A DNA stretch of 63,957 nucleotides, filler included, from Vicugna vicugna (GCA_013265495.1; 81 parts of 79 records of this genome joined end to end with filler, not necessarily neighbours in it), one strand, 5' to 3'. Counted from the whole stretch's first letter, positions 24,795 through 37,790 are shown. A program made the numbers and translations. Notes: generated from the letters alone by a model not told the origin.

Positions 24795-25469
24795 NNNNNN
24801 NNNNNNNNNNNNNNNNNNNNNNNNNNNNNNNNNNNNNNTTAATTAATTAANNNNNNNNNNNNNNNNNNNNNNNNNNNNNNNNNNNNNNNNNNNNACCCTG
24901 ACTCCTCTTTCCACGGAATGAGCTGCCTTGCGTCTTGTGGGTACTTAATTCCAAATGGCCTGCCAGAGCTCACCGCTTTGATGGGAAGCTATCGGTCCCC
25001 AGAGGCTCATGCAGACTCAAGCTTAGTACGAAAACTTGTCATAAACTTTGGAATTGCTTCAGCACCAGCTTATCAATCAAGGAAGGGGGAGAAAAAAAAC
25101 AACGTTTAAACACTCTCATTTAAATAATATTAAATATTAAGTGATTTGCCTCTAACTGATAAATGATTAATCAATTTCCCTTTCCAGTGTGCTTTTAAAA
25201 ATGCAGCTAGAAATCTCTACTTGCAGCTTAAAATAAGTTATTTTCAAATAGCAGGACAGGCAGTAGTTATTTTGCAAGGGAATGAAGATCATCGGGGAAA
25301 GAGGCCTCAGATGGGCCTTACTGAAAACCTCTGTGTTAGTCCCAGTGAAGGTCTGAGGAGTCCCACCAAGTGTCACCAAGTATAAACTCATTCTGCTCAC
25401 CACACATCAGGTCAATAAACCAGGAGACAAGGAGTTAGGGGCAAGGAATAATGATGTTATTCTGTGCCC

Positions 25470-25605
25470 GAGTCAGAATCCAGGTTCCTTCCATCTTCCT
25501 GCTCCATCATCCCAGAACAGAGCACCAATCTTCAAGGTGATTCATGGTCCAAGATGGCTGCGGGTGCCCAGCCATCTCAACTGCATTCCTCGTAGCAGGA
25601 AGACA
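25470..25605 (-). mobile_element. Old MaLR (MLT1J/K-like) LTR fragment
   Basis: CCAGGTTCCTTCCATCTT...TCATGGTCCAAGATGGCTGC...CCAGCCATC...GCATTCC...AGCAGGAAG. Confidence 0.55.
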
Positions 25606-25915
25606 TGGACTTGTTCCTTGATGATTACACGTTTAACCGGCAAAAGCTCTTCCATGGTCCTGCCAGCAGAAACCAATATGTCATGTTGGTAGAAAGAAGG
25701 GACAACTGACATGGGAGGCAACCAGGAGTCAGTGACGCTTGATCTATTAATACCCTTAGCATGTCATTTAATTTGCTTACAGGAGTCTTATTTCAAGATT
25801 TTGAGGTCCTTCTTTNNNNNNNNNNNNNNNNNNNNNNNNNNNNNNNNNNNNNNNNNNNNTTAATTAATTAANNNNNNNNNNNNNNNNNNNNNNNNNNNNN
25901 NNNNNNNNNNNNNNN

Positions 25916-26587
25916 CCAGACTGAGACGGGCCTACAGCCCGGGGCAGGTGGGATCCTTCCGGCCTGGTCCCTCAGAGAACTTGCTCCACAAAGACAGACA
26001 AGGAGCTGGGTCTTGGCTCGGAGCAAGGACCAGGCTGCCCCTCAGTCTCCCCTGAGCCCACCCGCGGAATGCGGCCAGGGCGGAGCGCCGGCCACGGCGG
26101 AGCGCCGGCCAGGGTGGAGCGCGACGAGGGCGGAGCGCGCAGCTGCACAGAGCAGCGGAGCTACCTGCAGCGCAGGCAGGGGGAGAGCAGCCCCCACGCC
26201 TGTCGGGCAGGAACACAGCCCCTGACCGAGGTGCTGGGAGGGGGCACGACCTGCCCTCCTGCCTGGAGAGTCTGCAACATCTGAGTGCGGCATCCGGAGG
26301 GGCAGTGACCAGCCCGCCCACAGCAGAGGAGAGCTGCATCTGACCCCGTGTTAGGAGGAGGCGTGATCAGCTTGCCAACAGGTGCTGGGAGCAACACAGA
26401 AGAGGGCGTCAACGGACGGCCTATGAAAACAAGCTGATCTTCCAAAACAGGACGAAGACAGAAGGACTTCACATTAAAAGCACACAGACTCCAGTAGAAC
26501 ACCGACAACACTTTTTTTATTTTGTTTTGTTAAGTTTTTTTGTTTTGTTTTTGTTTTTTTTGTTTGTTTTTTGTTTTGTTCTTAAAT
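25916..26587 (+). mobile_element. CpG-rich probable L1 5' UTR/internal promoter followed by a T-rich tract
   Basis: GC/CpG-rich region ending in a T-rich run; a second copy of the junction lies at 17243-17264, so it is an interspersed repeat. The L1 assignment is inferred. Confidence 0.6.
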
Positions 26588-26999
26588 NNNNNNNNNNNNN
26601 NNNNNNNNNNNNNNNNNNNNNNNNNNNNNNNTTAATTAATTAANNNNNNNNNNNNNNNNNNNNNNNNNNNNNNNNNNNNNNNNNNNNTTTTTTTTTTGAG
26701 CATAACAAAATCTTTGTGAGGTAGGAAAAGCAAGAAGTTAGGAGAGAGGAAAGCCTCCCACCTAGGAAATCTCTCTTTGCGTATTTCCTAACTAGCTACG
26801 GTACTTGGCACGGTAAGTGCCTTTCTCCTCCAGCCTGGACGTGTTGCTGGCTCGCTCCTCCAAGGAAGGGAACGAGATGCTGCGGGGTTTAGTAACGGTT
26901 CACTTAAAATGGATCCGCAGCGCAAGTCTGCAGTAGCACATTCAGCTAATGAAGAACAGGCTTCTGCATCAAGTCTCTGGACGCCCCTGGTACCTTCTA

Positions 27000-27419
27000 G
27001 TTCTGTCGTTAGGGTTCACCTGACGTTACTATATAAAAATTAGCACACTGATCCTGTAAAGCCCGCCACCTCGCCAGCGTCGCTCCCATTCTTCCCCTGC
27101 TGCTGGGAGCGGGGGGCCTGCCCTGTGCCCGCGCCGCGCTCGCTGCAAGAAGGGGTGGCACTCCCAGCCTGTCGGTCCCCGGACTTAGTCACCGTCACAC
27201 GTGTCGCAGGGCGGCGCGGTTGACGGGAGCCGCCTGTCGCCCGGAGGAACCGGCGCGCGCCGGTGACGTCACGGCGGAGGCTGCGCCGCGCGCCCGTTAT
27301 GGCGGCTCCTGGGGCTGCGGCGGAGCGGCAGCGAGCTCGCCGCCCCGACCTCTACCGGCGTAGGCCATGGACGCCGCCGCCGCCGCCGGCCTCTTCCTGC
27401 CCTACGACGGGGGAGGAGA
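27000..27419 (+). promoter_or_regulatory. CpG-island promoter and probable first exon of an unidentified gene
   Basis: Very CpG-rich; perfect CRE TGACGTCA at 27264-27271; CACGTG at 27198-27203; GC box at ~27061; ATGGCGG at 27299; Kozak-like GGCCATGG with ATG at 27367. Confidence 0.75.
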
Positions 27420-28479
27420 NNNNNNNNNNNNNNNNNNNNNNNNNNNNNNNNNNNNNNNNNNNNTTAATTAATTAANNNNNNNNNNNNNNNNNNNNNNNNN
27501 NNNNNNNNNNNNNNNNNNNTGGCACATTAAGCATGTGGAGGAATTTAAGAATTAATTTTGTCTAGGATCTTCTTTGTGCTATTTTCAAAGCATTCCAATT
27601 GGTGCTTTTTTTCCTCCCCTCAATATTCTACACTATATTTTCTTGTCAATACTTAATGTTACTTTTATATTCCAGCCAAAGTCAAGCTTACATCCTCAGG
27701 GTGGCATTTAATGCCTTTCCAACTCTAAGCCCACAAACTCAACATAGTATAGTCATTACTTTTTAGATCTGGCATCTGATTACCTTGGCATATATTTATG
27801 ATTCACTGTATCTGGAGATATATCCAGGCAAATGCTTTTCAACTATGTTAGCTCCATCCTCACAACTTTTGCTCCATCTCATCCTTGGACTTAGGATGAC
27901 CTCCTTTTACCTAAATACATTTTCCCAGTCTCAGCACAGAAACCACATCCTGCAGATATTTTCTGTCTATCCCCCTTTCCTTGTTTAACTTGAATACAAA
28001 CACAGCAAGCAAATCACATGCCACAGGATGCATTTTATTATTGAGTGAATGAAAAATACATGATGANNNNNNNNNNNNNNNNNNNNNNNNNNNNNNNNNN
28101 NNNNNNNNNNNNNNNNNNNNNNNNNNNNNNNNNNNNNNNNNNNNNNNNNNNNNNNNNNNNNNNNNNNNNNNNNNNNNNNNGACTAGCTCTATCCCAAGGT
28201 CTAGTCACTCAAGACAGTAATTGGAGGTAGGTACAGGAGACAAAGTATTATTTTCTTCTTTATTCATGCCTCCGGAGGCCTAAAGCATTCCATTCTCATT
28301 TGCTTATTTTTTTCCTGTCTCTTCATCACCCACAAACCCCAAAATAGTTGATTCTCTTCCCCATAACAATAAATATACTNNNNNNNNNNNNNNNNNNNNN
28401 NNNNNNNNNNNNNNNNNNNNNNNTTAATTAATTAANNNNNNNNNNNNNNNNNNNNNNNNNNNNNNNNNNNNNNNNNNNN

Positions 28480-28915
28480 TAATACTTGGATTTAGAGCCC
28501 AACCCACCCTTTCCCCAGCACTCTTTATCAGGCAACAAAACAGTGTAGACAAGTTAAGCGATTTTATAAGGACCAAGGCCCTGCTCTCAGTTGGAGGACG
28601 CTGTCCACTCTCAGGATATCTGTGCAAGTGTTCGTGTGTGTGCTGGAGGTGTGGAAACAAACTCCACGGATCTTTATGTGGGCACAGGTGTTCCCAGGTT
28701 AGGGATGTAGTTTAAACTCCTCCACAAACCATAGAGACGTCATCGCAAATACTTGGTTTCGGAGCCCAAACCAACTTGGTTTCCCAAACCACACTGTCCC
28801 CCGCACTCCCGCCTAGGCTTTCTTCAGGGAAGACAAGCAAAGGGCTTCAATTAGAACGCAGGCGCTGCTCTCAGTTCGAGGAACTTCCCTGCACTCAGAA
28901 TTCCAGAACACATTC
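28480..28915. repeat. Satellite D (opposite orientation)
   Basis: CGTGTGTGTGCTGGAGG and GGCACAGGTGTTCCCAGGTT are reverse complements of D motifs. Confidence 0.88.
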
Positions 28916-29544
28916 NNNNNNNNNNNNNNNNNNNNNNNNNNNNNNNNNNNNNNNNNNNNTTAATTAATTAANNNNNNNNNNNNNNNNNNNNNNNNNNNNN
29001 NNNNNNNNNNNNNNNGGGAGTTTGAAGCAAATCCACAGGCACCAATGGGCAGACTCCATATCCAGCCACTGCCTTCAACAACACAGCGCCCTCCTCCTGG
29101 GAGCAGGCTGACCTGGGGACCGTGCCTGGAGCAGCAGAGGCCGAGCTCTGGACAGGCCGTGGGGGAGATGAGGGCAAATCGACCAGCTTGCGAGGTCGCT
29201 GCCCATCTTCCTGCCGCTGCCCCAGGTTCGTGGATCACTTGTTTTCAAGTCAGTGGGTTCCTGAGAGGCAGGCGCAGTGCAGTCAGGAGGCGGGGGCTGC
29301 GGGGAGGGGTGCTGCCCCAGGGTGAGCAGGTGGACTTGCTCCCATCTCCCCCAGGGCCAGACCTGAGTTCGGCCTCTGCTGCCCCAGGTTTGCAAGACGC
29401 ATGTCACGTCAGCCTGTCCCTTGGAGGAGGGCTCAGTGTACTCGGGGCAGCCTCAGTGGGTGACAAGGATTTTAGAAGTGGGCTCTAGCCCAGCATAACT
29501 AACTCTCCTTTCTTCTCTTGCTTCCTCAGTTGGTGGCTGTATCG

Positions 29545-29886
29545 GCTTTTTCATTATAGGTTATTGCTGGATAATGAACAAAGGTTTCTGTGCTATACAG
29601 AAGAAACTTTATTTAAAATCTATTTTTATATATAGTGGCTAACATTTGTAAAATTATCCCTTCCCATCCCCTTTCCCTGGTAACCTTAAGGTTATTTACT
29701 AAGTCTACAAGTCTGTGTCTGTTTTGTAGATGAGTCCACAGTGTCTTTTTGTCTCTTTTTTTAGATTGCACATATGAGTGGTATCATTTGGTATTTTTCT
29801 GTTTCTGGCTGCTTTCACTTAGAATGACGAACTCTAGCTAAAACCATGTTGCTGCAAATGGTTTTATTTTGTCCTATTCATGGTAG
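29545..29886 (-). mobile_element. L1 3' UTR fragment
   Basis: CTGTGCTATACAG...CATATGAGTGGTATCAT...CATGTTGCTGCAAATGG. Confidence 0.8.
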
Positions 29887-29986
29887 NNNNNNNNNNNNNN
29901 NNNNNNNNNNNNNNNNNNNNNNNNNNNNNNTTAATTAATTAANNNNNNNNNNNNNNNNNNNNNNNNNNNNNNNNNNNNNNNNNNNN

Positions 29987-30285
29987 TAAGCCAGAAAGAG
30001 AAAGAAAAATGCCATATGAGATCGTTCATATTTGGAATCAAAAAAACAAATACAAAAACAAAGAAACAAACAAAAACAAAGCATAAATACAGGACAGAAA
30101 TAGACACATGGACAGAGAATACAGACTTGTGGTTACCAGGGGGGTAGAGGGTGGGAAGGGATAGACTGGGATTTCAAAACTGTAGAATGTAGAATAGATA
30201 AACAAGATTACACTGTATAGCACAGGGAAATATACACAAAATTTTATGATAAATCACAGAGGAAAAAATGTGAAAAAAAAAGAAA
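29987..30285 (+). mobile_element. L1 3' UTR fragment
   Basis: AAGCCAGAAAGAGAAAGAAAAAT.CCATATG...CTTGTGGTTACCAGGGG...CTGTATAGCACAGGGAAATATA. Confidence 0.85.
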
Positions 30286-31285
30286 GTAGAGAACAAGGCT
30301 ATCAATAAATGATAGATTAATAGGCATAATATTACTTTATTAGGAATAAAGAATTACTAAGAGAAACCAATCCTTAGCAAGAGTGAATGGGGGAAANNNN
30401 NNNNNNNNNNNNNNNNNNNNNNNNNNNNNNNNNNNNNNNNTTAATTAATTAANNNNNNNNNNNNNNNNNNNNNNNNNNNNNNNNNNNNNNNNNNNNGTGT
30501 ACACATTGGGGAAAGGTGTAAAGACAGGTGGGTATTTGGAAGCAGGCAAGGGCCTTTGTATTGTCCAGTGTTGCAAGGTATCTTGTCTCCACCACTGTGA
30601 AAGGGGAGTAGGGACATTGTCATGAATGTCTGAGTGTCTGAAGGATGGAATTTCTGTCTCTATTGTTGCTCACTCCTAGTTACATGTGACCATGAGTATT
30701 AGTGCAGTGGGGGCTGAAGCTGTGTGAACCACTGAGACCCTGTTTCTACTGGGTTCTCTGAACTTGTGGACTCAGATATCCTATTCAGGGGGCCTTGGTT
30801 GCAGACACCAAATCTGCTCTTCCCTCACTTCTGCCACCTTTGCGTGTTTTAATCCACCAAACTTCACCTGTTCACTTGAGTTCTGAAGTATTGTTTTGTG
30901 TTGTAGTTATTTTTGTTGAGATGTGAACGTTTTACTGACTGTAGATATAAGGGGAGAGACAAAAATAGTTTAAACTTATGTCACTTTTAAAAGTATATAC
31001 TTTTTCAATTAAAAAGCTTAAATTCTACATAGGACATTGTGAAAGCTGTAAAGAAAGTGAACAAATCATCTCCCCTAAAATCATAGTACTACAAAATATT
31101 TCGATATTCCTGGGTTCTTTTTTTCAATGTTTTTCCCACCTACATGCATATTTTACTATAATATATCCTTATAATCTCTTTAAAANNNNNNNNNNNNNNN
31201 NNNNNNNNNNNNNNNNNNNNNNNNNNNNNTTAATTAATTAANNNNNNNNNNNNNNNNNNNNNNNNNNNNNNNNNNNNNNNNNNNN

Positions 31286-32053
31286 TCTAACGGAAAGCCT
31301 AATTTCGTCTCCCCTGAGGATTTTCCTAATATCCCATTGCCAGGGAATTCTAGGGGGGTTTGCAGGATATCCCATGACAGAGGCTGCCTCCCCAAGGTCA
31401 GGGAAGGTATTTCTCGAACTTCCCCGAACAGGGAACACCTGTGACTGAAGAGAGCTGCGTGGAGTTGTCTCTCGAGCTCCCCCACGCACNNNNNNNNNNN
31501 NNNNNNNNNNNNNNNNNNNNNNNNNNNNNNNNNNNNNNNNNNNNNNNNNNNNNNNNNNNNNNNNNNNNNNNNNNNNNNNNNNNNNNNNNNNNNNNNNNNN
31601 NNNNNNNNNNNNNNNNNNNNNNNNNNNNNNNNNNNNNNNNNNNNNNNNNNNNNNNNNNNNNNNNNNNNNNNNNNNNNNNNNNNNNNNNNNNNNNNNNNNN
31701 NNNNNNNNNNNNAGAGCTGCGTGGAGTTGTCTCTAGAGCTCCCCCACGCTCTGACATTGATTACGGAAACATGATCGTGGGGAGGTTCCTCCAACGGTCG
31801 GCAGCGCGTGTGTTTTAACGGAAAGCCTAAGCTCGTCTCCCCTGAGGGTTTTCGTAATATCTCTGTGCCAAGGAATGCTAGAGTGATTTGCAGGATATCC
31901 CAGTGACAGAGGCTGCCTCCCCAAGGTAAGGGAAGTTATTTCTCGGACTTCCCCGAACAGGGAACACCTGTGACTGAAGAGAGCTGCGTGGAGTTGTCTC
32001 ACGTTCTGCCCCACGCACTGAAAATTGTTCCGGAATCCTGAGCGTTGGGAGGT
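31286..32053. repeat. Satellite A
   Basis: Family motifs; internal gap. Confidence 0.95.
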
Positions 32054-32153
32054 NNNNNNNNNNNNNNNNNNNNNNNNNNNNNNNNNNNNNNNNNNNNTTA
32101 ATTAATTAANNNNNNNNNNNNNNNNNNNNNNNNNNNNNNNNNNNNNNNNNNNN

Positions 32154-32836
32154 CTCCACGCAGCTCTCTTCAGTCACAGATGTTCCCTGCTTGGGGAATT
32201 CCGAGAAATAACTTCACTGAACATGGGGAGGCAGCCTTTGTCACTGTTATTCCCTGCAACAACCCTACCATTCTCTGGCACAGAGACATGAGAAAAATCC
32301 TCAGGGGAGACGAGCACAGGCATTCCCATAGAACCCACGCGCTGCTGACCGTTGTTGGAACCTCCCCACCCTCAGGATTCCGGAACGATTGTCATTGAGT
32401 GGGGGAGCTCGGGAGACAACTCCACAAAAACCCTCAGACGAGCACTGGCATTCCCTTAGAACCCACGCGCTGCCGACCGTTGGAGGAACCTCCCCACGCT
32501 CAGGATTCCGGAAACATTGTCATTGAGTGTGGCAGCTCGAGAGACAAGACAACNNNNNNNNNNNNNNNNNNNNNNNNNNNNNNNNNNNNNNNNNNNNNNN
32601 NNNNNNNNNNNNNNNNNNNNNNNNNNNNNNNNNNNNNNNNNNNNNNNNNNNNNNNNNNNNNNNNNNNNNNNNNNNNNNNNNNNNNNNNNNNNNNNNNNNN
32701 NNNNNNNNNNAGCATTCCCTAGAGACATGTGGAAAAGCCTCAGGGGAGACGAGCACAGGCATTCCGTTAGAACCAACGCGCTGCCGACATTTGGTGGAAC
32801 CTCCCCACGCTCAGGATTCCGGAACCATAGCATAGT
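32154..32836. repeat. Satellite A including an internally deleted monomer
   Basis: GAGCAC at 32312 and 32440 (128 bp apart instead of 267). Confidence 0.92.
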
Positions 32837-33635
32837 NNNNNNNNNNNNNNNNNNNNNNNNNNNNNNNNNNNNNNNNNNNNTTAATTAATTAANNNNNNNN
32901 NNNNNNNNNNNNNNNNNNNNNNNNNNNNNNNNNNNNCAGGAGACCTGGGATTGAAGGTGATGCGCTGAGTGTTAGAAGAGTACACAGCCGATGCTTGGGT
33001 GACAGACTTCAAAGAATCCAGTGCAAATTATCCCCACAGTTGATTCTGAGACCAAGCTCCGAGCTGCCAAATTTGAGGTAGCAGAGGCAGAGTTCAGGGA
33101 GGGATAGGGCTACGGATGATGGCACACGCTGAGTCTCAGTGATCTGGAGTGCACTGTGGAATGTGGTCGGTCCTATGAAGAGAGCAAACCGACCAGTGAC
33201 CCCAATGAGAAAGCAACCACACTGGCGTGCGTGGTTGAGATTATCAATAAGTCCCATGGCCACACCAGTGCATCTGCAGGACCAGCGACCAATTTGGCAT
33301 TTTGCCATTAGAGCACGTGTGGGGCTGAATCAGAGATATCGTGCATCTGGTCTGAGGGATCAAGGGGGAGAGATATTGTGGGTCTGATGGGTCCAGGGGG
33401 CCTTGTGTTTGAATTCAGACTGAAAAGCCATAGGATCTGCTACATACATAACCTGGGCTGTGATTATTGTTTGGTTTGAGGCACAGGATATGCAACAGCT
33501 CTGTGTTTGCCTTCGTGCACCCGTGCCACAAGGATNNNNNNNNNNNNNNNNNNNNNNNNNNNNNNNNNNNNNNNNNNNNTTAATTAATTAANNNNNNNNN
33601 NNNNNNNNNNNNNNNNNNNNNNNNNNNNNNNNNNN

Positions 33636-34215
33636 CTACACACTCTGCATTATTTACTTTGACTTCGTAGCTTCTTACTTACACCAGTTTTAAGAATCAC
33701 ACACAGATCCCAGAAAAACACTCTTGGAGCGAATTCTACCCTAGAGATCTGTAATTTGAATAGATTCCATCTACATGATATTCCGTGTTCCGTACATGCT
33801 ACATACATGACGGATTTGACAAACATGCATTCCTGAGATGAGAGTATGTGNNNNNNNNNNNNNNNNNNNNNNNNNNNNNNNNNNNNNNNNNNNNNNNNNN
33901 NNNNNNNNNNNNNNNNNNNNNGCCAGGTTCGAATTCGTGCATTTTTCACAGAAAAATAGTTCTGGAGCGATTTCCACCTAACAGATATGTAATTTACATG
34001 TATTCCAACAACATGGCATTCCGGGTTCCGTACATGCTACATGTATGGCGGATTTGGCAATCATGCGTTTCTTAATTGAGAGCATGTGGATTACACACCT
34101 TTCACACTCCGAACAAGGCGTATGTAAACTTAGAAATATTTACGCTGACTTCATAGTTTTTTCCTATCATCAGGTTCTATAATCGGACATTTGGCACCAG
34201 AAAACACTCTTTCAG
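33636..34215. repeat. Satellite B
   Basis: Nearly collinear with 5756-6203 and 41237-42007. Confidence 0.92.
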
Positions 34216-35419
34216 NNNNNNNNNNNNNNNNNNNNNNNNNNNNNNNNNNNNNNNNNNNNTTAATTAATTAANNNNNNNNNNNNNNNNNNNNNNNNNNNNN
34301 NNNNNNNNNNNNNNNACATGGTGGGTGAGGTGGCACGGCTGCACAGGGAACGCGGATGCCGGGCCTTTGGGTTGTGCTCAGGCCCGGTGTGGCATTCTCC
34401 TAAGGGCAGTGGACCGTCATTGACAGATTTTAAGTAGGGGAGTGGGGTGCTCTCGTAGATCACTTTTGTCTTGTAGAATGCTTAGAAACATTTAGAAGGC
34501 TCGGCAGGAGGTGATGTGATGAGTCAGAGTAGGGTGGCTGCGAGGTGTAGCAGTGTTCAGTTTTCAAGTGATTTTCAGTCCCAGGTTTGTGGCTCAGTAG
34601 CCGTGTCACTTTGGATAACACACTCAAGGAAGTGAAACAATTTACCTAATCAATTGGAGCAGTGATGTACCGACTTCCCAGGACTGCTGTGGAAATCCAG
34701 TGAGATAACTTGTGCAGAGTGTGCAGCGTGGTCCGCAGCACAGAGTCAGTGCTGAGTGAGTGCCAGTGAGTACCTGGTAGGTCAGGTGTGGGTGGTGGGA
34801 CTTGGTGACTGAGGATATCTNNNNNNNNNNNNNNNNNNNNNNNNNNNNNNNNNNNNNNNNNNNNNNNNNNNNNNNNNNNNNNNNNNNNNNNNNNNNNNNN
34901 NNNNNNNNNNNNNNNNNNNNNNNNNNNNNNNNNNNNNNNNNNNNNNNNNNNNNNNNNNNNNNNNNNNNNNNNNNNNNNNNNNNNNGACATCTAAGTGTCA
35001 CGAGCTCACAGAGGAGGTCTTATCCCGGGCTGTGCATTTTCCTATAATCTCAATCCCTGAGGACGCCGAGGTACTGATCACTGAACATGAAGTCATACTT
35101 GACAGGAAAAGTGAATAGTAGTATCATCTCTGTCATCAAAGCTCACGTCTCTTNNNNNNNNNNNNNNNNNNNNNNNNNNNNNNNNNNNNNNNNNNNNTTA
35201 ATTAATTAANNNNNNNNNNNNNNNNNNNNNNNNNNNNNNNNNNNNNNNNNNNNGAATGATGAATTTTATGTCTTTTCAGAAAAATGAGGCTTAAATGACT
35301 TTTTCTGTGTCTTTGCCTTATATTTGACTTATTTTTATAATTATATCTATTATTGGTCTACTTTCTATGGGTCAGATTTGATGTGCATTGTCTTTGTTTA
35401 TAGTTACTTTTTTTTCACT

Positions 35420-35527
35420 TTTTTTATTGAAGTGCAGTCAATTACAATGTGTCACTTTCTGGTGTACAGCACAATGTCCCAGTCGTGCACATACATACAT
35501 GTATCCGTTTTCATATTTTTTTCATTA
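35420..35527 (-). mobile_element. L1 3' end
   Basis: Poly-T followed by ATTGAAGTGCAGTCAATTACAATGTGTC, as at 2566. Confidence 0.78.
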
Positions 35528-35939
35528 NNNNNNNNNNNNNNNNNNNNNNNNNNNNNNNNNNNNNNNNNNNNNNNNNNNNNNNNNNNNNNNNNNNNNNNNN
35601 NNNNNNNNNNNNNNNNNNNNNNNNNNNNNNNNNNNNAAAATTGTAGCACACAGGATCTTATTTTGCTGCCTCCATGCCCCTGATTTAGGGAGTGGATGAC
35701 CTCATTTAAAAGAAAGTGAAGTAGTTGCAGCCGGGCATCCGTCCCTGTGAGGAACAGTCTATTTCCGGTTCACTCTTCCTTCTGTGATGCAAGTGTTCCG
35801 GAACAGGGCTCCTCCTCTTTGCTGGACCCTGAATGACGCNNNNNNNNNNNNNNNNNNNNNNNNNNNNNNNNNNNNNNNNNNNNTTAATTAATTAANNNNN
35901 NNNNNNNNNNNNNNNNNNNNNNNNNNNNNNNNNNNNNNN

Positions 35940-36828
35940 GCAGAACACAGAATTTAGAATATAGAACACAGATTAATGAATATACAATTTAAAACATAGA
36001 ATGCCGAACATAGTATTTAGAATATAGAATACAGAATACTGAACTTAGAATTTAGAATATAGAATACAAATAAATGAATATAGAATTTAGAACATTGAAT
36101 GCAGAACACAGAATTTACAATGTAGAATACAGAATACTGAATATAGTATTTAGAATATAGAAAGTCGAACACAGAATATAGAATTTAGAATAAAGAATAA
36201 TGATTAAAGTATTTAGAACTTGGAATGCAGAACACAGAATTTAGAATATAAAATACAGAATACTGAATATAGAGTTTAGAATTTAGAATTATAACTCAGA
36301 ATGTAGAATATAGAATACGGAATGCAAAATATAGTATGTAGAGTATTAAATGAAGAACACACTGTATAGAATACAGATTATAGAACACAGAATTTAGAAC
36401 ATGGAATGCTGAAAACAGAATATAGAATATAGAATAAAGTATTATGGATATAGAATTTAGAATATAGAACGTACAACACAGAATGTTGAATACAGAATAC
36501 ACGATACTGAATAAAGTATATAGAACTTGGAATGCAGAACACAAAATTTAGAATATGGAATACAGAATACTGAATATATAATTTATAACATAGAATTTAG
36601 AACACAGAATATAGAATATAGATTACGAAATGCAGAATAGAGTATACAGAATATAGAATGTAGGACAGAGAATATAGAATATAGAATACAGAATACTGAA
36701 TAAAGAATTTAGAATTTAGAAAGCAAACACAGAATTTAGAATATAGAATAAAGCATACTGAATATATAAATTATAATAAAAGGTAGAATAGAGAATATAG
36801 AACCAGGAATTTAGAACATGGAATGCAG
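35940..36828 (+). repeat. Satellite E
   Basis: (AGAATAT)n with variants. Confidence 0.95.
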
Positions 36829-37790
36829 NNNNNNNNNNNNNNNNNNNNNNNNNNNNNNNNNNNNNNNNNNNNTTAATTAATTAANNNNNNNNNNNNNNNN
36901 NNNNNNNNNNNNNNNNNNNNNNNNNNNNCACTACTGAGAATCAGGCAATGTTTATATTTTTTAATCTGAAAAATTAGCTCTGAGAGGTTATAACCCCCCC
37001 AAAGGATGTATAGCTCATTAAGGAGGGATAGTACATTTGTACAGTCACCTATTTTTATGCAGGTGGTACCCTAGACATTTTACATTTGCAAACATCCGTA
37101 ATTCAGATATATTCTTNNNNNNNNNNNNNNNNNNNNNNNNNNNNNNNNNNNNNNNNNNNNNNNNNNNNNNNNNNNNNNNNNNNNNNNNNNNNNNNNNNNN
37201 NNNNNNNNNNNNNNNNNNNNNNNNNNNNNNNNNNNNNNNNNNNNNNNNNNNNNNNNNNNNNNNNNNNNNNNNNNNNNNNNNNNNNNNNNNNNNNNNNNNN
37301 NNNNNNNNNNNNNNNNNNNNNNNNNNNNNNNNNNNNNNNNNNNNNNNNNNNNNNNNNNNNNNNNNNNNNNNNNNNNNNNNNNNNNNNNNNNNNNNNNNNN
37401 NNNNNNNNNNNNNNNNNNNNNNNNNNNNNNNNNNNNNNNNNNNNNNNNNNNNNNTTTTCTTTGTTCATTTTTTATTCAGCATTTTTGAGCAGTGACTTTG
37501 CATCAGGGCCTTGCTAGGTGCTTGGAAATAGAAAATAAGAAATGACCCTTCTCTGCAGAGGCAGGAAGCCTAGACCAAAAGCTGGGTAATATGATCCGAG
37601 ATACATTAGCCATGTGCAGACACTGAGGACAAACTGTACCGTTGTATTTGCTTTGTCTTCCCTTGCCTTCTGGCTGTTACACACCAGGTCNNNNNNNNNN
37701 NNNNNNNNNNNNNNNNNNNNNNNNNNNNNNNNNNTTAATTAATTAANNNNNNNNNNNNNNNNNNNNNNNNNNNNNNNNNNNNNNNNNNNN

